From positions 23,240-87,239 of IMG/VR virus record IMGVR_UViG_3300023174_005819: a stretch of DNA of 64,000 nt; one strand, given 5' to 3'. The notes beneath the pieces were generated by a model. It saw only the letters and a program-made list of their open reading frames with translations. It was not told where the DNA came from and did not search any database. Made by a program: the position numbers and the translations under genes. Below are positions 9,843-20,169 of this stretch, piece after piece. Within the stretch, counting starts at the first letter, position 1, and each line of letters opens with the position of its first letter. Origin of the DNA: a virus.

Positions 9843-10485
9843 AATTATACATTTAATATGGTTCGGAAATAAGAAACCAGAAAAATTTGATTTCACATTA
9901 AATGAAATTAAACGAATAAATAATGATTACGAAATTAAAGAATGGAATGATAATAATATTGATTTTGAACTAGTTCAAAAAGACTTTTTTAATAAAACTG
10001 AAAATCTAGGATCAAAATCTGATATTTTAAGATTTGAACTACTTAATAAATATGGTGGAATTTACATGGATTATGATTTTATTCAAATTAAAAAATTTGA
10101 TGAATTATTAGATTACGATTTTTTTATTGGAAGTGGAAACGAAAATGAAACATGGAATAGTATTGTTGGTTCTATTCCAAATCATAAAATTTGTAAGGAT
10201 TTTCTACATGGATTATCTAGTACTACTCCAGTAATAAAAAATGATAATGGAGATGAAGTTGGTATGGTCATGAGTAAAACTGGCCCATATTATATCCATA
10301 AAATTTATAGTCATAACAATTCTTTATCAAATATTAAACATTTAAATAAAAATTATTTTTTTCCATTTCCAGGAGGCGAAAGAGATTTAGTAAAAAATTT
10401 TGATGAACAATCAATTAATTATATTAAATCTTTCGCAACCCAAGAAACGATTTGTATACATTTTCATACTTGTACATGGCAATGA
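9832..10485 (+). CDS. GT32-like DxD glycosyltransferase
   Basis: IPKIIHLIW, SDILRFELL..YGGIYMDYD; start moved to ATG 9832. Confidence 0.85.
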   Translation: MIPKIIHLIWFGNKKPEKFDFTLNEIKRINNDYEIKEWNDNNIDFELVQKDFFNKTENLGSKSDILRFELLNKYGGIYMDYDFIQIKKFDELLDYDFFIGSGNENETWNSIVGSIPNHKICKDFLHGLSSTTPVIKNDNGDEVGMVMSKTGPYYIHKIYSHNNSLSNIKHLNKNYFFPFPGGERDLVKNFDEQSINYIKSFATQETICIHFHTCTWQ

Positions 10486-11324
10486 ATATATTAGAAACAC
10501 CTTTCATGGTTAAAACTAACCATGAATATCCTCCAAATAATAAAATTATATTTGAAGAATATTTTTATAATTGGTTTATAAAAAATAAACCTCAAACAAC
10601 TAAAACATATTTACCAATTTTTTGGACTAACTACTATATCTCAAAAGAATATGCACAGCAAGATATATCTGAAATTGATAGATTTCTAGATACTTTAGAT
10701 AAAAGCAAAGAATATTTCACAATCATTCAATGGGATGATGGTATCGTAAATCCATTTGAATATAAAAATATATACGTTTTTGGACAAGGAGGCGGAGGGG
10801 GTAAAAATGGTTATATTGGAAATTATTCAATTCCATTAATTTGCCAGCCAAATCCAAATATAAAAATACAAAATAAAGATATTTTTGCTAGTTTTATAGG
10901 CGCTATACATGGTAGAAATAATCAAATTAGGGAAAAATTGTATAGCGATCTTAATAATAAACATGGGTATTTATTTGAAAACTCTATAAGTTACGATGCG
11001 TTTTCAAATGTAATGTCTAGAAGTATTTTTTCTTTATGTCCAAGGGGATATGGAGCAACATCTTTTAGAATATGTGAAGCTTTACAACATGAATCCATTC
11101 CAGTATATATTTCAGATAAGCCTTGGATTCCATTTAATAATATTATAAATTTTAATGATTATGGAGTTATTATTGACATAAAAGATATTGATCATATAGA
11201 TAATATTCTTAAATCTATACCTAAAGAAGAAATAGAGAAAAAAATAAATATTGGAAAAATTATATATAATGAATATTATACATATACAGGATGCGCAGAT
11301 AAAATTATAAAAATAATTAAATGA
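10482..11324 (+). CDS. Exostosin / GT47-like glycosyltransferase
   Basis: SIFSLCPRGYGATSFRICEAL...IPVYISD...PF. Confidence 0.82.
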   Translation: MNILETPFMVKTNHEYPPNNKIIFEEYFYNWFIKNKPQTTKTYLPIFWTNYYISKEYAQQDISEIDRFLDTLDKSKEYFTIIQWDDGIVNPFEYKNIYVFGQGGGGGKNGYIGNYSIPLICQPNPNIKIQNKDIFASFIGAIHGRNNQIREKLYSDLNNKHGYLFENSISYDAFSNVMSRSIFSLCPRGYGATSFRICEALQHESIPVYISDKPWIPFNNIINFNDYGVIIDIKDIDHIDNILKSIPKEEIEKKINIGKIIYNEYYTYTGCADKIIKIIK

Positions 11325-12124
11325 AAAATGTTATAGTTTTAGCAACGGATCACAATCATATAAAATATGTAAAATATAATATTAATAATATTAGAAGTAC
11401 GCATGGAGACATTGATATAGTGGTACTACATGATAAATGTTATTCAGAAATAATTAATAATGAGTTGAATAAATATAATATCATATCATATCCTGTTGAT
11501 TGCTTAAAAATTAACGATGGGCCATTTTATATTAAATATCATTTATTCGATGTATTTTTTAAAAAATGGGAAAATATATTATATATAGATTCAGATACAA
11601 TGATTTTTTCAAATTTAAATCCAATCTTTGAAATGTTAAATGAAAATAATTTATTTTTTGCAGATTATGAAAAATGTAAAGTTTTAAACTTTTTTACTTC
11701 TGATTGTCCACAAGATTTAGGAAATAATGATATATATCTTGATCTTCTTAATGAAGAAAATATAAATAAACAAGGATTTAATTCTGGAATTTTACTATAC
11801 AAATCTTCTATTATTCAAGAAGATACAATAAGTAAATTGTATAAGTTACATGAAAAATATATAGAAGTAAATAAACACGGCAAAGAGCAAAACATTTTAT
11901 GGAAATTTAAACCTGGAACAGATCAACCAATAATAAATTTAATATTTGCTAATATAGTAAAACAGATGCCAAATAATTATTTTTCATTTTATTCAAATAT
12001 ATCAGATTCTACAGTTATATCACATTTTTGTAGATGGGATGCTCCATGGTTTAATGAGCGATATGGATATAGAATAAACATGAAATATATAGATTACTAT
12101 AATCAAATGCTAAATTTAATTTAA
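11321..12124 (+). CDS. GT8-like glycosyltransferase
   Basis: ILYIDSD, FNSGILL, DQPIIN, ISHF. Confidence 0.8.
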   Translation: MKNVIVLATDHNHIKYVKYNINNIRSTHGDIDIVVLHDKCYSEIINNELNKYNIISYPVDCLKINDGPFYIKYHLFDVFFKKWENILYIDSDTMIFSNLNPIFEMLNENNLFFADYEKCKVLNFFTSDCPQDLGNNDIYLDLLNEENINKQGFNSGILLYKSSIIQEDTISKLYKLHEKYIEVNKHGKEQNILWKFKPGTDQPIINLIFANIVKQMPNNYFSFYSNISDSTVISHFCRWDAPWFNERYGYRINMKYIDYYNQMLNLI

Positions 12125-12126
12125 TT

Positions 12127-12843
12127 ATGAAGAAAATCTGTATTAATTATGTTGGTCAACCTAGAACTTTTTATAAATATTATAAAAATCAATTCAAAAA
12201 TTTACCTTTAAATTATAAAGATTTTGATATTCATTTTTTATTTTCTACATGGGAAAATGAAAATACAGACATATATGCAGAAAAGACTCAAGATATTAAA
12301 AAAGATATTTTTATAAAAAAATATAGTCCACCACAAAAAGAAGAATTTAATTGGGACCCAAGATTTCAACATCATCATAGTAATCCTCAGTTTCATGGTA
12401 AAGGAGTTTTTAATTATTTTTGTCAATTAAAAATTTGGAATCATTCAAACCAGACAATTTTAGAATATGAAAATAAAAATAATTTAATTTTTGATTATAT
12501 AATTCAACTAAGACCTGATACATTTTTTGGATATAATGAAGAATCTGAAAACGAAACTGGCGTAAAAGATATTTCAATATATGATAACTTAGAAGATAAT
12601 ACTATTTATACTCCATCAGAATGTAGATTTGATGTTTATTGCTGTGGATCTGTTCCAGATCAAGTAAGATGGGCTAAAAGAGATTGTATTTTAAAATTAA
12701 ATCATGCAATAGAAATAGCTGAAAAAATACAACCAGTACAATTTGAAATACATCCAGAAAGCTCTTTATTTCAAATAATAAAATATTATGGTTTCAAATT
12801 AGAATATAAAGAAGCTGCAATGACATGCGTGATTCAAACTTAA
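12127..12843 (+). CDS. Hypothetical protein, putative glycosyltransferase
   Basis: GQPRT...STW...LRPD pattern also seen in the N-terminal domain of 15720..17177; sits in the glycan island. Confidence 0.5.
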   Translation: MKKICINYVGQPRTFYKYYKNQFKNLPLNYKDFDIHFLFSTWENENTDIYAEKTQDIKKDIFIKKYSPPQKEEFNWDPRFQHHHSNPQFHGKGVFNYFCQLKIWNHSNQTILEYENKNNLIFDYIIQLRPDTFFGYNEESENETGVKDISIYDNLEDNTIYTPSECRFDVYCCGSVPDQVRWAKRDCILKLNHAIEIAEKIQPVQFEIHPESSLFQIIKYYGFKLEYKEAAMTCVIQT

Positions 12844-14054
12844 AAATATTAGATTTCAATTTACAAGAAAATAAATTTTTATATCTATCTAAAGACGAAA
12901 ATAATAGAGAAATAAATATTTTTTTATTACAAGATATCCAATTTACAGGAGATAATCTATTCTATCCTAATATTCTAGGATATTCTCATAAAAATAATAG
13001 AATTTATTCTTTAATTAAAGAAAAAATAATGTCTTTAGAAAAGATAAAAAAAGATAATATTTTTACAAATGAAATAAACAACATAGAGAAAAAATGTACT
13101 CAACCATTATTTTATTTCATCTACAATACAGATAATTATTTTCATTTTATTTATGATTCTTTGCCATATTTAATATCTTATTTTTCATTAAAAAAACAAA
13201 TACCAAATATTAAGTTACTTATGAATTACCCGAATCAAGAAAAAAAACAATTTTACAAATTTGTTGAGGAATTTTTACAAATTTTAAAAATTGAAAAACA
13301 TGATATTGTTATGGTTGATTCGGATACTGTATATTCTAATATATATGTATCAAATTCCTATACTCATGACTTTGATTCAAATCTACCTCCAAGAAAGGAA
13401 ATATATGATTTTTATAAAAAAATATCAGACCAAGTAATAGATAATCATGATTTACCTAAAAAAATTTATATTTCTAGAAGAACATGGTTAAATAAAGATC
13501 ATAGTAATATAGGAACAAATTATACAACTAGAAGAAAATTAATAAACGAAGATGATTTAGTGAAAATGTTAAATAAATACGGATACGAAGAAATATTTAC
13601 GGAAAATCTATCAACAAAAGAAAAGATAGCTTTATTTAAAAATGCTACAAATGTAATTGGAGCTTTTGGGGGTGGTATATGTAATGTTTTATTTAGTAAA
13701 CCCCAATGTCAATTAATAGCGATTGAATCTCCAGGTTTTTTAGATATAAATCAAAGATTTTTATTTTCTTTGAAGAATATAGATTTAAAAATATTTAAAG
13801 ATACAAATCATTACGAAAAAACAAAATATAAAAAATACATGAGAGTAAAATATAATTCAATAATTGGAGAAATTATTGAAGTAGATGGGGATTATATAAC
13901 AATTGCATATACTGATAATTTTATTGCAGGGTGGAACGCTGATTTAAACTATAAAAATATAAGAGTAAAAAGTGAATTATGCCAATTACTGGACAATGGA
14001 CTTAATTCAAGTTGGGAGTTAAATATCAAAAATTTAGAAAAAATATTAAATTAA
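12825..14054 (+). CDS. GT61 / DUF563-like glycosyltransferase
   Basis: NYFHFIYD.LP, KIYISR, RKLINE, IGAFGGG..N. Confidence 0.78.
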   Translation: MRDSNLKILDFNLQENKFLYLSKDENNREINIFLLQDIQFTGDNLFYPNILGYSHKNNRIYSLIKEKIMSLEKIKKDNIFTNEINNIEKKCTQPLFYFIYNTDNYFHFIYDSLPYLISYFSLKKQIPNIKLLMNYPNQEKKQFYKFVEEFLQILKIEKHDIVMVDSDTVYSNIYVSNSYTHDFDSNLPPRKEIYDFYKKISDQVIDNHDLPKKIYISRRTWLNKDHSNIGTNYTTRRKLINEDDLVKMLNKYGYEEIFTENLSTKEKIALFKNATNVIGAFGGGICNVLFSKPQCQLIAIESPGFLDINQRFLFSLKNIDLKIFKDTNHYEKTKYKKYMRVKYNSIIGEIIEVDGDYITIAYTDNFIAGWNADLNYKNIRVKSELCQLLDNGLNSSWELNIKNLEKILN

Positions 14055-14067
14055 TATATAATATATT

Positions 14068-14691
14068 ATGACTGAAGCTATACAACAATTAAGAGAAAAA
14101 ACAGTAGCCGAGAATATTGATTTTTTAAAGGATAAGTCATATTTTGAATTTGGTGTATTTGAAGGAAATTCATTATTAATGTTCTATGATTTGTATAAAA
14201 AATATTCAAACACGCAAAATGCTTTATTTTATGGATTTGATTCATTTAAAGGGCTTCCAGAAGAAACACTAGATAAAAATAATCCATCTTATTGGAATAA
14301 TGGTCAATATAGTACAAGTGGAAATATTTCGCCAAATTTAAATAAAGAAAATATTATAATAGTCGAAGGTTTTTTCTCTGAGTCATTAACAGAAGCATTC
14401 GCAGCAACTCTTAATCAAAAAATCGGTCTACTTCATATAGATTGCGATATATATACATCTACCTATCAAGCTTTAGATTTTTGTTTTAAAAATGATTTAA
14501 TAGTTCCAGGAACAATTATAATGTATGATGATTGGGGTGGTTATCATGAGAAAAAAGTAAATGAGTTTGAATGTGGAGAAGGTTTAGCTCATAAAGAAAT
14601 ACTAGAAAAATATAATAAAAAATGTATCTTTAAATCTAAAACAATCGTTTGGGAAAATTATCACGAAATTAGTACTTTTGTGGTACAGTAA
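14068..14691 (+). CDS. TylF/MycF-family sugar O-methyltransferase
   Basis: EFGVFEG, GFDSFKGLP, LHIDCDIY.ST, YDDW. Confidence 0.85.
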   Translation: MTEAIQQLREKTVAENIDFLKDKSYFEFGVFEGNSLLMFYDLYKKYSNTQNALFYGFDSFKGLPEETLDKNNPSYWNNGQYSTSGNISPNLNKENIIIVEGFFSESLTEAFAATLNQKIGLLHIDCDIYTSTYQALDFCFKNDLIVPGTIIMYDDWGGYHEKKVNEFECGEGLAHKEILEKYNKKCIFKSKTIVWENYHEISTFVVQ

Positions 14692-14711
14692 TATTTTTTA
14701 GTTTTTATAAA

Positions 14712-15710
14712 ATGAAGAAATATACTAATATAAAATTAGTACATATTAAAAATGGTATAGATATCGTACATAATACAAGCGAACAAAATAAAGAAGTACT
14801 TTTTGGATTTAATGATCAAAATAATTTTATTCAAGGATTAACTTATCCAACGAATATGTATTTTGATATGGATGTTTTAAATAAAAACAATAGAGAGATC
14901 ATTAACATAAAAAATAAATCATTTTTATATTATTCATTTAATTATCAAATTAGCTTCGCTCATTATATGACTCAATGCTTACCTAAATTGAAAACATTTA
15001 TTGAAAATGATGACATGCTATTAGTTATACCAGAAAGCACTTATAATCAAACATGTAAAGATATATTGAATATTTTAAATATAAATATTAATAAAATTTT
15101 AATTGTTAAAGATGATGTAGAATATAGATTTGATGAACTATATGTAGTCGAACATATTGGTGATCAATGGGGAGGACCAGGAAATATTAATGAAGATGGT
15201 GTTAAAGTATGCGAACTAATTAGAAAAAATTTAAATATATTTCCCACAAATAAACCATATAGAAAAGTTTATTTGAAAAGAGATGGTGCGCCAAATACTA
15301 CTCATGGTAATGGTGAAGTTGGAATTACAAGAAAAATATTAAATGAAGAAAAGTTAATAGATTTTTTAAAGAACAATGAATTTGAAATAATAGAATTAGG
15401 AAGCAAATCAATAAATGATAAAAAAGAAGCGTTAAAAGATATCAAAATACTAATAACGCAATTAGGTGCTAATTGCATGAATTTAATTTTTTCTAATAAT
15501 ATAGAAAATAGCATTTTTCTATCAAATGACAGACCAATTGCTGAAGCATTTTATATAAACATGTTCAACAGATTAAGTAATAATAAAAATAATCATCATA
15601 ACTTATACTATAAATCAGAAGATATTAATGCTGATCCAAAAAATGGTTGGAATAGTCCATTTATTGTAAATGTAAATGATATTAAAAATATATTAGATCA
15701 AATTCAATAA
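14712..15710 (+). CDS. GT61 / DUF563-like glycosyltransferase (second copy)
   Basis: FAHYMTQCLP, KVYLKR, RKILNE, GANCMN. Confidence 0.7.
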   Translation: MKKYTNIKLVHIKNGIDIVHNTSEQNKEVLFGFNDQNNFIQGLTYPTNMYFDMDVLNKNNREIINIKNKSFLYYSFNYQISFAHYMTQCLPKLKTFIENDDMLLVIPESTYNQTCKDILNILNININKILIVKDDVEYRFDELYVVEHIGDQWGGPGNINEDGVKVCELIRKNLNIFPTNKPYRKVYLKRDGAPNTTHGNGEVGITRKILNEEKLIDFLKNNEFEIIELGSKSINDKKEALKDIKILITQLGANCMNLIFSNNIENSIFLSNDRPIAEAFYINMFNRLSNNKNNHHNLYYKSEDINADPKNGWNSPFIVNVNDIKNILDQIQ

Positions 15711-15719
15711 ATATTGTAT

Positions 15720-17177
15720 ATGAAAATAGCAGTATTAATCTCTGGATATCTCAGATCTTTTAAATTAAATATATCTTTAATAAAATCTAAAATTTTAGAT
15801 CAATATAAAAATGTTGATATATATATTCATATAACTAAAAATGAAATAAAAAATGATAAATATTTTAATATAACAAATGAAGTAGAAGATATTTCATATA
15901 TAAAAAATATTTTAAATCCAAAATGTATTTTATTAGAAGACAATATTGATATCTTTAAAAATCCAAAGAAAAACAATCTTTATAATACATGGATAAAATA
16001 TTACAAGTTAAATGAAATTAAAAAAATAAATGAAAAATTAAATGGAAAATATGACTTGGTTGTAAAATATAGACCAGATTTAAATATAATAACTGATGAA
16101 ATTTTTTTAAAACAAATAGAAGACAAAATATATATACCAGAAAAAAGTCTAATTGATATATCTAAATTAGAAAATCCTAATGATAAATATATGTGCGATA
16201 TATTTGCTTATGGCAAATCTAATTTAATGGATCAATATTTTAATATATATAATAAATTAGAAGAATTATCTCAAGAACACGGATATACTCCAGAAACAAT
16301 CATTTACCAATATTTAAGTAAAGAACAAATTCCATATAAACTTATTGATTTAGATTATTCAATGATTTTATCTATATGCAATACTTTTGCAATTTGTGGA
16401 GATTCTGGATCTGGAAAATCTACTTTGAGCAATATACTTCAAGAGTACTTCTCGAACTCTTTCGTTTTAGAATGCGATAGATACCATAAGTGGGAAAGGA
16501 ATGACAAAAATTGGAAAAAGTTTACACATTTAAATCCAGAAGCAAATTATATAACAAAAATGGAAAATGATATTTTTGATTTAAAAATTGGCAAGACAAT
16601 TCACCAAGTTAATTATGATCATTCAAATGGAAAATTTACTCAAAAAGAAAAAATAGAAAAATCAGACAATATAATTGTTTGCGGATTACATAGTTTATAT
16701 TCAGAAAATCATGGAGCATATAACTTAAAAATATTTATTGATACAGATATTAATCTTAAAACTAAATGGAAAATAAAAAGAGATATGCAAAACAGAGGCT
16801 ATTCGATTGAAGAAACGCTAAAACAAATAGAAGCAAGAAAAGAAGATTATTATAAATATATATATCCCCAAAGAGATAAATCAGATATTATTATTAATTT
16901 CTTTACAGATAAGGATTTTGATATAACTAAAATTGATGAAGAAGATACTGTTAATTTAAGAATTTTAATCAATAAAAAGTATTCTTTGATAGATATATTA
17001 AGTCATTTATCCAAAAAAGAAATACAATTCAAGATAAAATCGAATAATGAGATATTTAATGAAATTGTTTTTTATAAATATAAAAAATGTAATATTTTAG
17101 AAAACTCAAAGATATCCTTCGATAATTATTATGATTATATAATGTTTTTTATATTATCGTTGCAACAAAATCATTAA
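15720..17177 (+). CDS. Fusion of a putative glycosyltransferase domain and a phosphoribulokinase/uridine kinase-like P-loop kinase
   Basis: N-terminal SGYLRSF...YRPD; C-terminal GDSGSGKST, DRYHKW, YDHSNGKF, KRD..RG. Confidence 0.75.
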   Translation: MKIAVLISGYLRSFKLNISLIKSKILDQYKNVDIYIHITKNEIKNDKYFNITNEVEDISYIKNILNPKCILLEDNIDIFKNPKKNNLYNTWIKYYKLNEIKKINEKLNGKYDLVVKYRPDLNIITDEIFLKQIEDKIYIPEKSLIDISKLENPNDKYMCDIFAYGKSNLMDQYFNIYNKLEELSQEHGYTPETIIYQYLSKEQIPYKLIDLDYSMILSICNTFAICGDSGSGKSTLSNILQEYFSNSFVLECDRYHKWERNDKNWKKFTHLNPEANYITKMENDIFDLKIGKTIHQVNYDHSNGKFTQKEKIEKSDNIIVCGLHSLYSENHGAYNLKIFIDTDINLKTKWKIKRDMQNRGYSIEETLKQIEARKEDYYKYIYPQRDKSDIIINFFTDKDFDITKIDEEDTVNLRILINKKYSLIDILSHLSKKEIQFKIKSNNEIFNEIVFYKYKKCNILENSKISFDNYYDYIMFFILSLQQNH

Positions 17178-17836
17178 TGAATAAATTATTAGAATTAGCC
17201 CATTCTCTCGATAAATTCGTAGTAGGAATGGAGGGAAATGTTTCTCAAAGAATAAAAAATGATTTTTTAATAAAAGCTAGTGGATGTAGTTTGAAAAAAC
17301 TATCCGAACAAGATCTTGTATTATGTAATATAAAAGGGAAGCAAATTAATAATTTTAAAAAAAGACCTAGTATTGAAGCGCAATTTCATTCTATTTTATT
17401 CCAAAATATAAATATAGAATTTATAGCTCATAGCCATCCAATTAATACTTTAAAAATTTTATGTACTGAATTAGTAGAGGAATTTGCAAATAATAGATTA
17501 TTTCCAGATCAAGTTGTTTTCAATGGAATAAAATCGTGCGTTGTACCATATGTAGCACCAGGAATTGAATTAGCTATAGAAATTAATAAAAGTATAAATA
17601 TCTTTAATCAATTTAATAAATATTTTCCTAAGTTAATTTTACTTAAAAATCATGGAGTTATATCTTTGGGTTCTACCGCAGAGGAATGCTTGGTTGCAAC
17701 AGAGATATGTGAAAAAGCAGCAGAAATTTTCTTAGGATCAAAATTATCAGGAAGCATAAATTTTTTAACTGAATCAGATCAATTAGAATTAGAAAAAGAT
17801 CCAAATGAAATTTATAGAAAAGGTTTATTAACATGA
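17177..17836 (+). CDS. Class II aldolase/epimerase (FucA/AraD/RhaD superfamily)
   Basis: EGNVS, KASG, PSIE..FH, HSHP, LKNHG. Confidence 0.85.
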   Translation: MNKLLELAHSLDKFVVGMEGNVSQRIKNDFLIKASGCSLKKLSEQDLVLCNIKGKQINNFKKRPSIEAQFHSILFQNINIEFIAHSHPINTLKILCTELVEEFANNRLFPDQVVFNGIKSCVVPYVAPGIELAIEINKSINIFNQFNKYFPKLILLKNHGVISLGSTAEECLVATEICEKAAEIFLGSKLSGSINFLTESDQLELEKDPNEIYRKGLLT

Positions 17837-18126
17837 AGGTAATATATATCGATATAGACGAAACAATTTGCAATACTCCAGAAAGTAGGGATTATTTTCA
17901 AGCAACCCCAATAAAAGAAAATATAGAAAAAATAAATAAACTCTATGAACAAGGTAATACGATTGTATATTGGACATCTAGAGGTAGTAGAAAACAAATT
18001 AATTGGTATGCATTAACTAAATCCCAATTAGACTCATGGGGAGTAAAATATCACGAATTAAGAGTAGATAAACCATACTATGATTTATTTATTGATGATA
18101 AAACATTAAGAATTGAAGAAGTATGA
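17833..18126 (+). CDS. Small HAD-superfamily phosphatase
   Basis: DIDETI, TSR, KP..D.FIDD. Confidence 0.8.
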   Translation: MKVIYIDIDETICNTPESRDYFQATPIKENIEKINKLYEQGNTIVYWTSRGSRKQINWYALTKSQLDSWGVKYHELRVDKPYYDLFIDDKTLRIEEV

Positions 18127-18599
18127 AAATTATATCTCACAGAGGCAATATTAATGGAAAAGTCTTAGATAAGGAAAATAAACCCTCATATCTAGATTCT
18201 GCGATTTTCTCTAAAATTGAAGTAGAAGCAGACATTAGATGGATAGATAATAAATTTTATCTTGGCCATGACAATCCAGATTATATTATAAATGAAGAAT
18301 GGATTTTAAAAAGAAAGGATTATATATGGTTTCATTGTAAAAATTTAGAAGCTGCACAAAAACTAGAAACTTTATCTAAGGATATAAAATACTTTTGCCA
18401 TACCAATGATCCATTTATATCTACTAGCACAAATCATTTTTGGGTTCATGATTTTACTTGTAATTTAAACAATCAATGCATTATACCATTATTAGATGAA
18501 ATTGATATTAAAAATTTTAACAATAAAATTGTTTACGCGGTATGCACGGATTATGTAAATTTTTGTAAATATAATTTACGCCAAAAGGGATTATGCTAA
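18123..18599 (+). CDS. Glycerophosphodiester phosphodiesterase-like protein
   Basis: IISHRGN, EN, VEAD, LGHD, HCKN, CTD. Confidence 0.65.
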   Translation: MKIISHRGNINGKVLDKENKPSYLDSAIFSKIEVEADIRWIDNKFYLGHDNPDYIINEEWILKRKDYIWFHCKNLEAAQKLETLSKDIKYFCHTNDPFISTSTNHFWVHDFTCNLNNQCIIPLLDEIDIKNFNNKIVYAVCTDYVNFCKYNLRQKGLC

Positions 18600-20161
18600 T
18601 TAAAGATAATATTCAACTTATAATTCCTATGTCGGGAAAAGGAAAGAGATTTGCTGAAGCTGGATATAAAACATTAAAACCATTGCTAGAAGTAGATGGT
18701 TTTCCAATGGTTCAACATGTATTAAATCTTTTTCCTGGAGTAACAGACATATCTTTCATTTGTGATGAAGCACATATAAAAGAAACTAATATGCTACAAA
18801 TATTAAAATCAATTGCACCAAATGCCAAAATATTTAAAATTTATAATAACACAAAAGGTCCAGTAAATGCCGTATGTTCAATCGAAGAACATATAGACGA
18901 AAACAAAGAAGTAATTGTGTCTTATTGCGATTATGGTACAGATTGGGATTTCGACAAGTTCTTAGAAATAACTAGAAATGGAAATTTCGATGGAGCAATA
19001 CCATGTTATACAGGATTTCACCCTCATATGTTGGGTAGCGATAATTACGCTTTTTGTAGAGAAGAAAATAAAATACTTTTAGAAATTAAGGAAAAAGAAC
19101 CATTTACAAACAATAGAATGAATGAATACGCTTCAAATGGAACTTACTATTTTAAAACAGGATCAATTCTTAAAAAATATTTTAAAGAATTAATTGACTT
19201 AGACCTTAATTTAAAAGGAGAATATTATGTCAGTTTAGTTTATAATCTTTTAGTTAGAGACAATTTAAAAGTTAATATTTTTGAAATTAAAAAAATGCTT
19301 CAATGGGGAACGCCATATGATCTAGAGATATATAAAAGTTGGTCATCTTATTTTAGTAATATTAAAAAACCTCAAACGCCAATCTACAATGATCCAGAAA
19401 CTACATTAATTTTGCCAATGGCTGGAAGAGGAAGCAGATTTTCTGAAGAAGGTTATTCATTGCCAAAGCCATTATTAGAAGTAGACTCAAAACCAATGAT
19501 AATACAAGCTGTAGATTGTCTTCCTCAATCACAAAATAATATATTTATATGTTTATCAGAGCATATTAAAAATTTTAATTTAGAAGAAAAATTAAAAAAT
19601 AAATATTCAAATTGTAAGGTTTTATCTATAGACCGAACTACCCAAGGCCAAGCTTGTACTTGTGAATTAGCTATTAAAAACTTTAAATTAGACTTAAACA
19701 AACCAATCTTAATTTCCGCTTGTGATAACGGAGTTTACTATGATCAAGACAAGTATTTAAAATTATTAGAAGATAAGAATAACGATATTATTGTTTGGTC
19801 TTTCAGAAATAACCAAACTAGTAAAGTGCATCCTAATATGTATTCTTGGTTAGACGTAGATGGAGATAATAATTTAAAATATGTTTCTTCTAAAAAATTC
19901 ATATATGATGATCCATTAAAAACTCATGCAATTATAGGAACTATGTTTTTTAGAAAAGCTAAATATTTTATGGATGGTCTACAAAAAAATTACGAAGAAA
20001 ATATAACAACAAATAATGAATTTTATGTAGACGATGTATTGAATCAAAATATCAAAATGGGATTAAATATAAAAGTATTTGAAGTTAAAAATTATATTTG
20101 TTGGGGAACTCCAGATGATTATAAAACTTATAATTATTGGAAAGATTATTTTAATAAATAA
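18593..20161 (+). CDS. Tandem two-domain sugar-phosphate nucleotidyltransferase
   Basis: Two copies of IPM(S/A)G.G.RF...GY...KPLLEVD ... CD ... EYYV/EFYV ... WGTP. Confidence 0.85.
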   Translation: MLIKDNIQLIIPMSGKGKRFAEAGYKTLKPLLEVDGFPMVQHVLNLFPGVTDISFICDEAHIKETNMLQILKSIAPNAKIFKIYNNTKGPVNAVCSIEEHIDENKEVIVSYCDYGTDWDFDKFLEITRNGNFDGAIPCYTGFHPHMLGSDNYAFCREENKILLEIKEKEPFTNNRMNEYASNGTYYFKTGSILKKYFKELIDLDLNLKGEYYVSLVYNLLVRDNLKVNIFEIKKMLQWGTPYDLEIYKSWSSYFSNIKKPQTPIYNDPETTLILPMAGRGSRFSEEGYSLPKPLLEVDSKPMIIQAVDCLPQSQNNIFICLSEHIKNFNLEEKLKNKYSNCKVLSIDRTTQGQACTCELAIKNFKLDLNKPILISACDNGVYYDQDKYLKLLEDKNNDIIVWSFRNNQTSKVHPNMYSWLDVDGDNNLKYVSSKKFIYDDPLKTHAIIGTMFFRKAKYFMDGLQKNYEENITTNNEFYVDDVLNQNIKMGLNIKVFEVKNYICWGTPDDYKTYNYWKDYFNK

Positions 20162-20169
20162 AATTATTC

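Noticed and set aside
15720-17177. Phosphoribulokinase as a Calvin-cycle auxiliary gene
   Set aside because: It is fused to a GT-like domain inside a sugar-nucleotide block, with no other carbon fixation genes.
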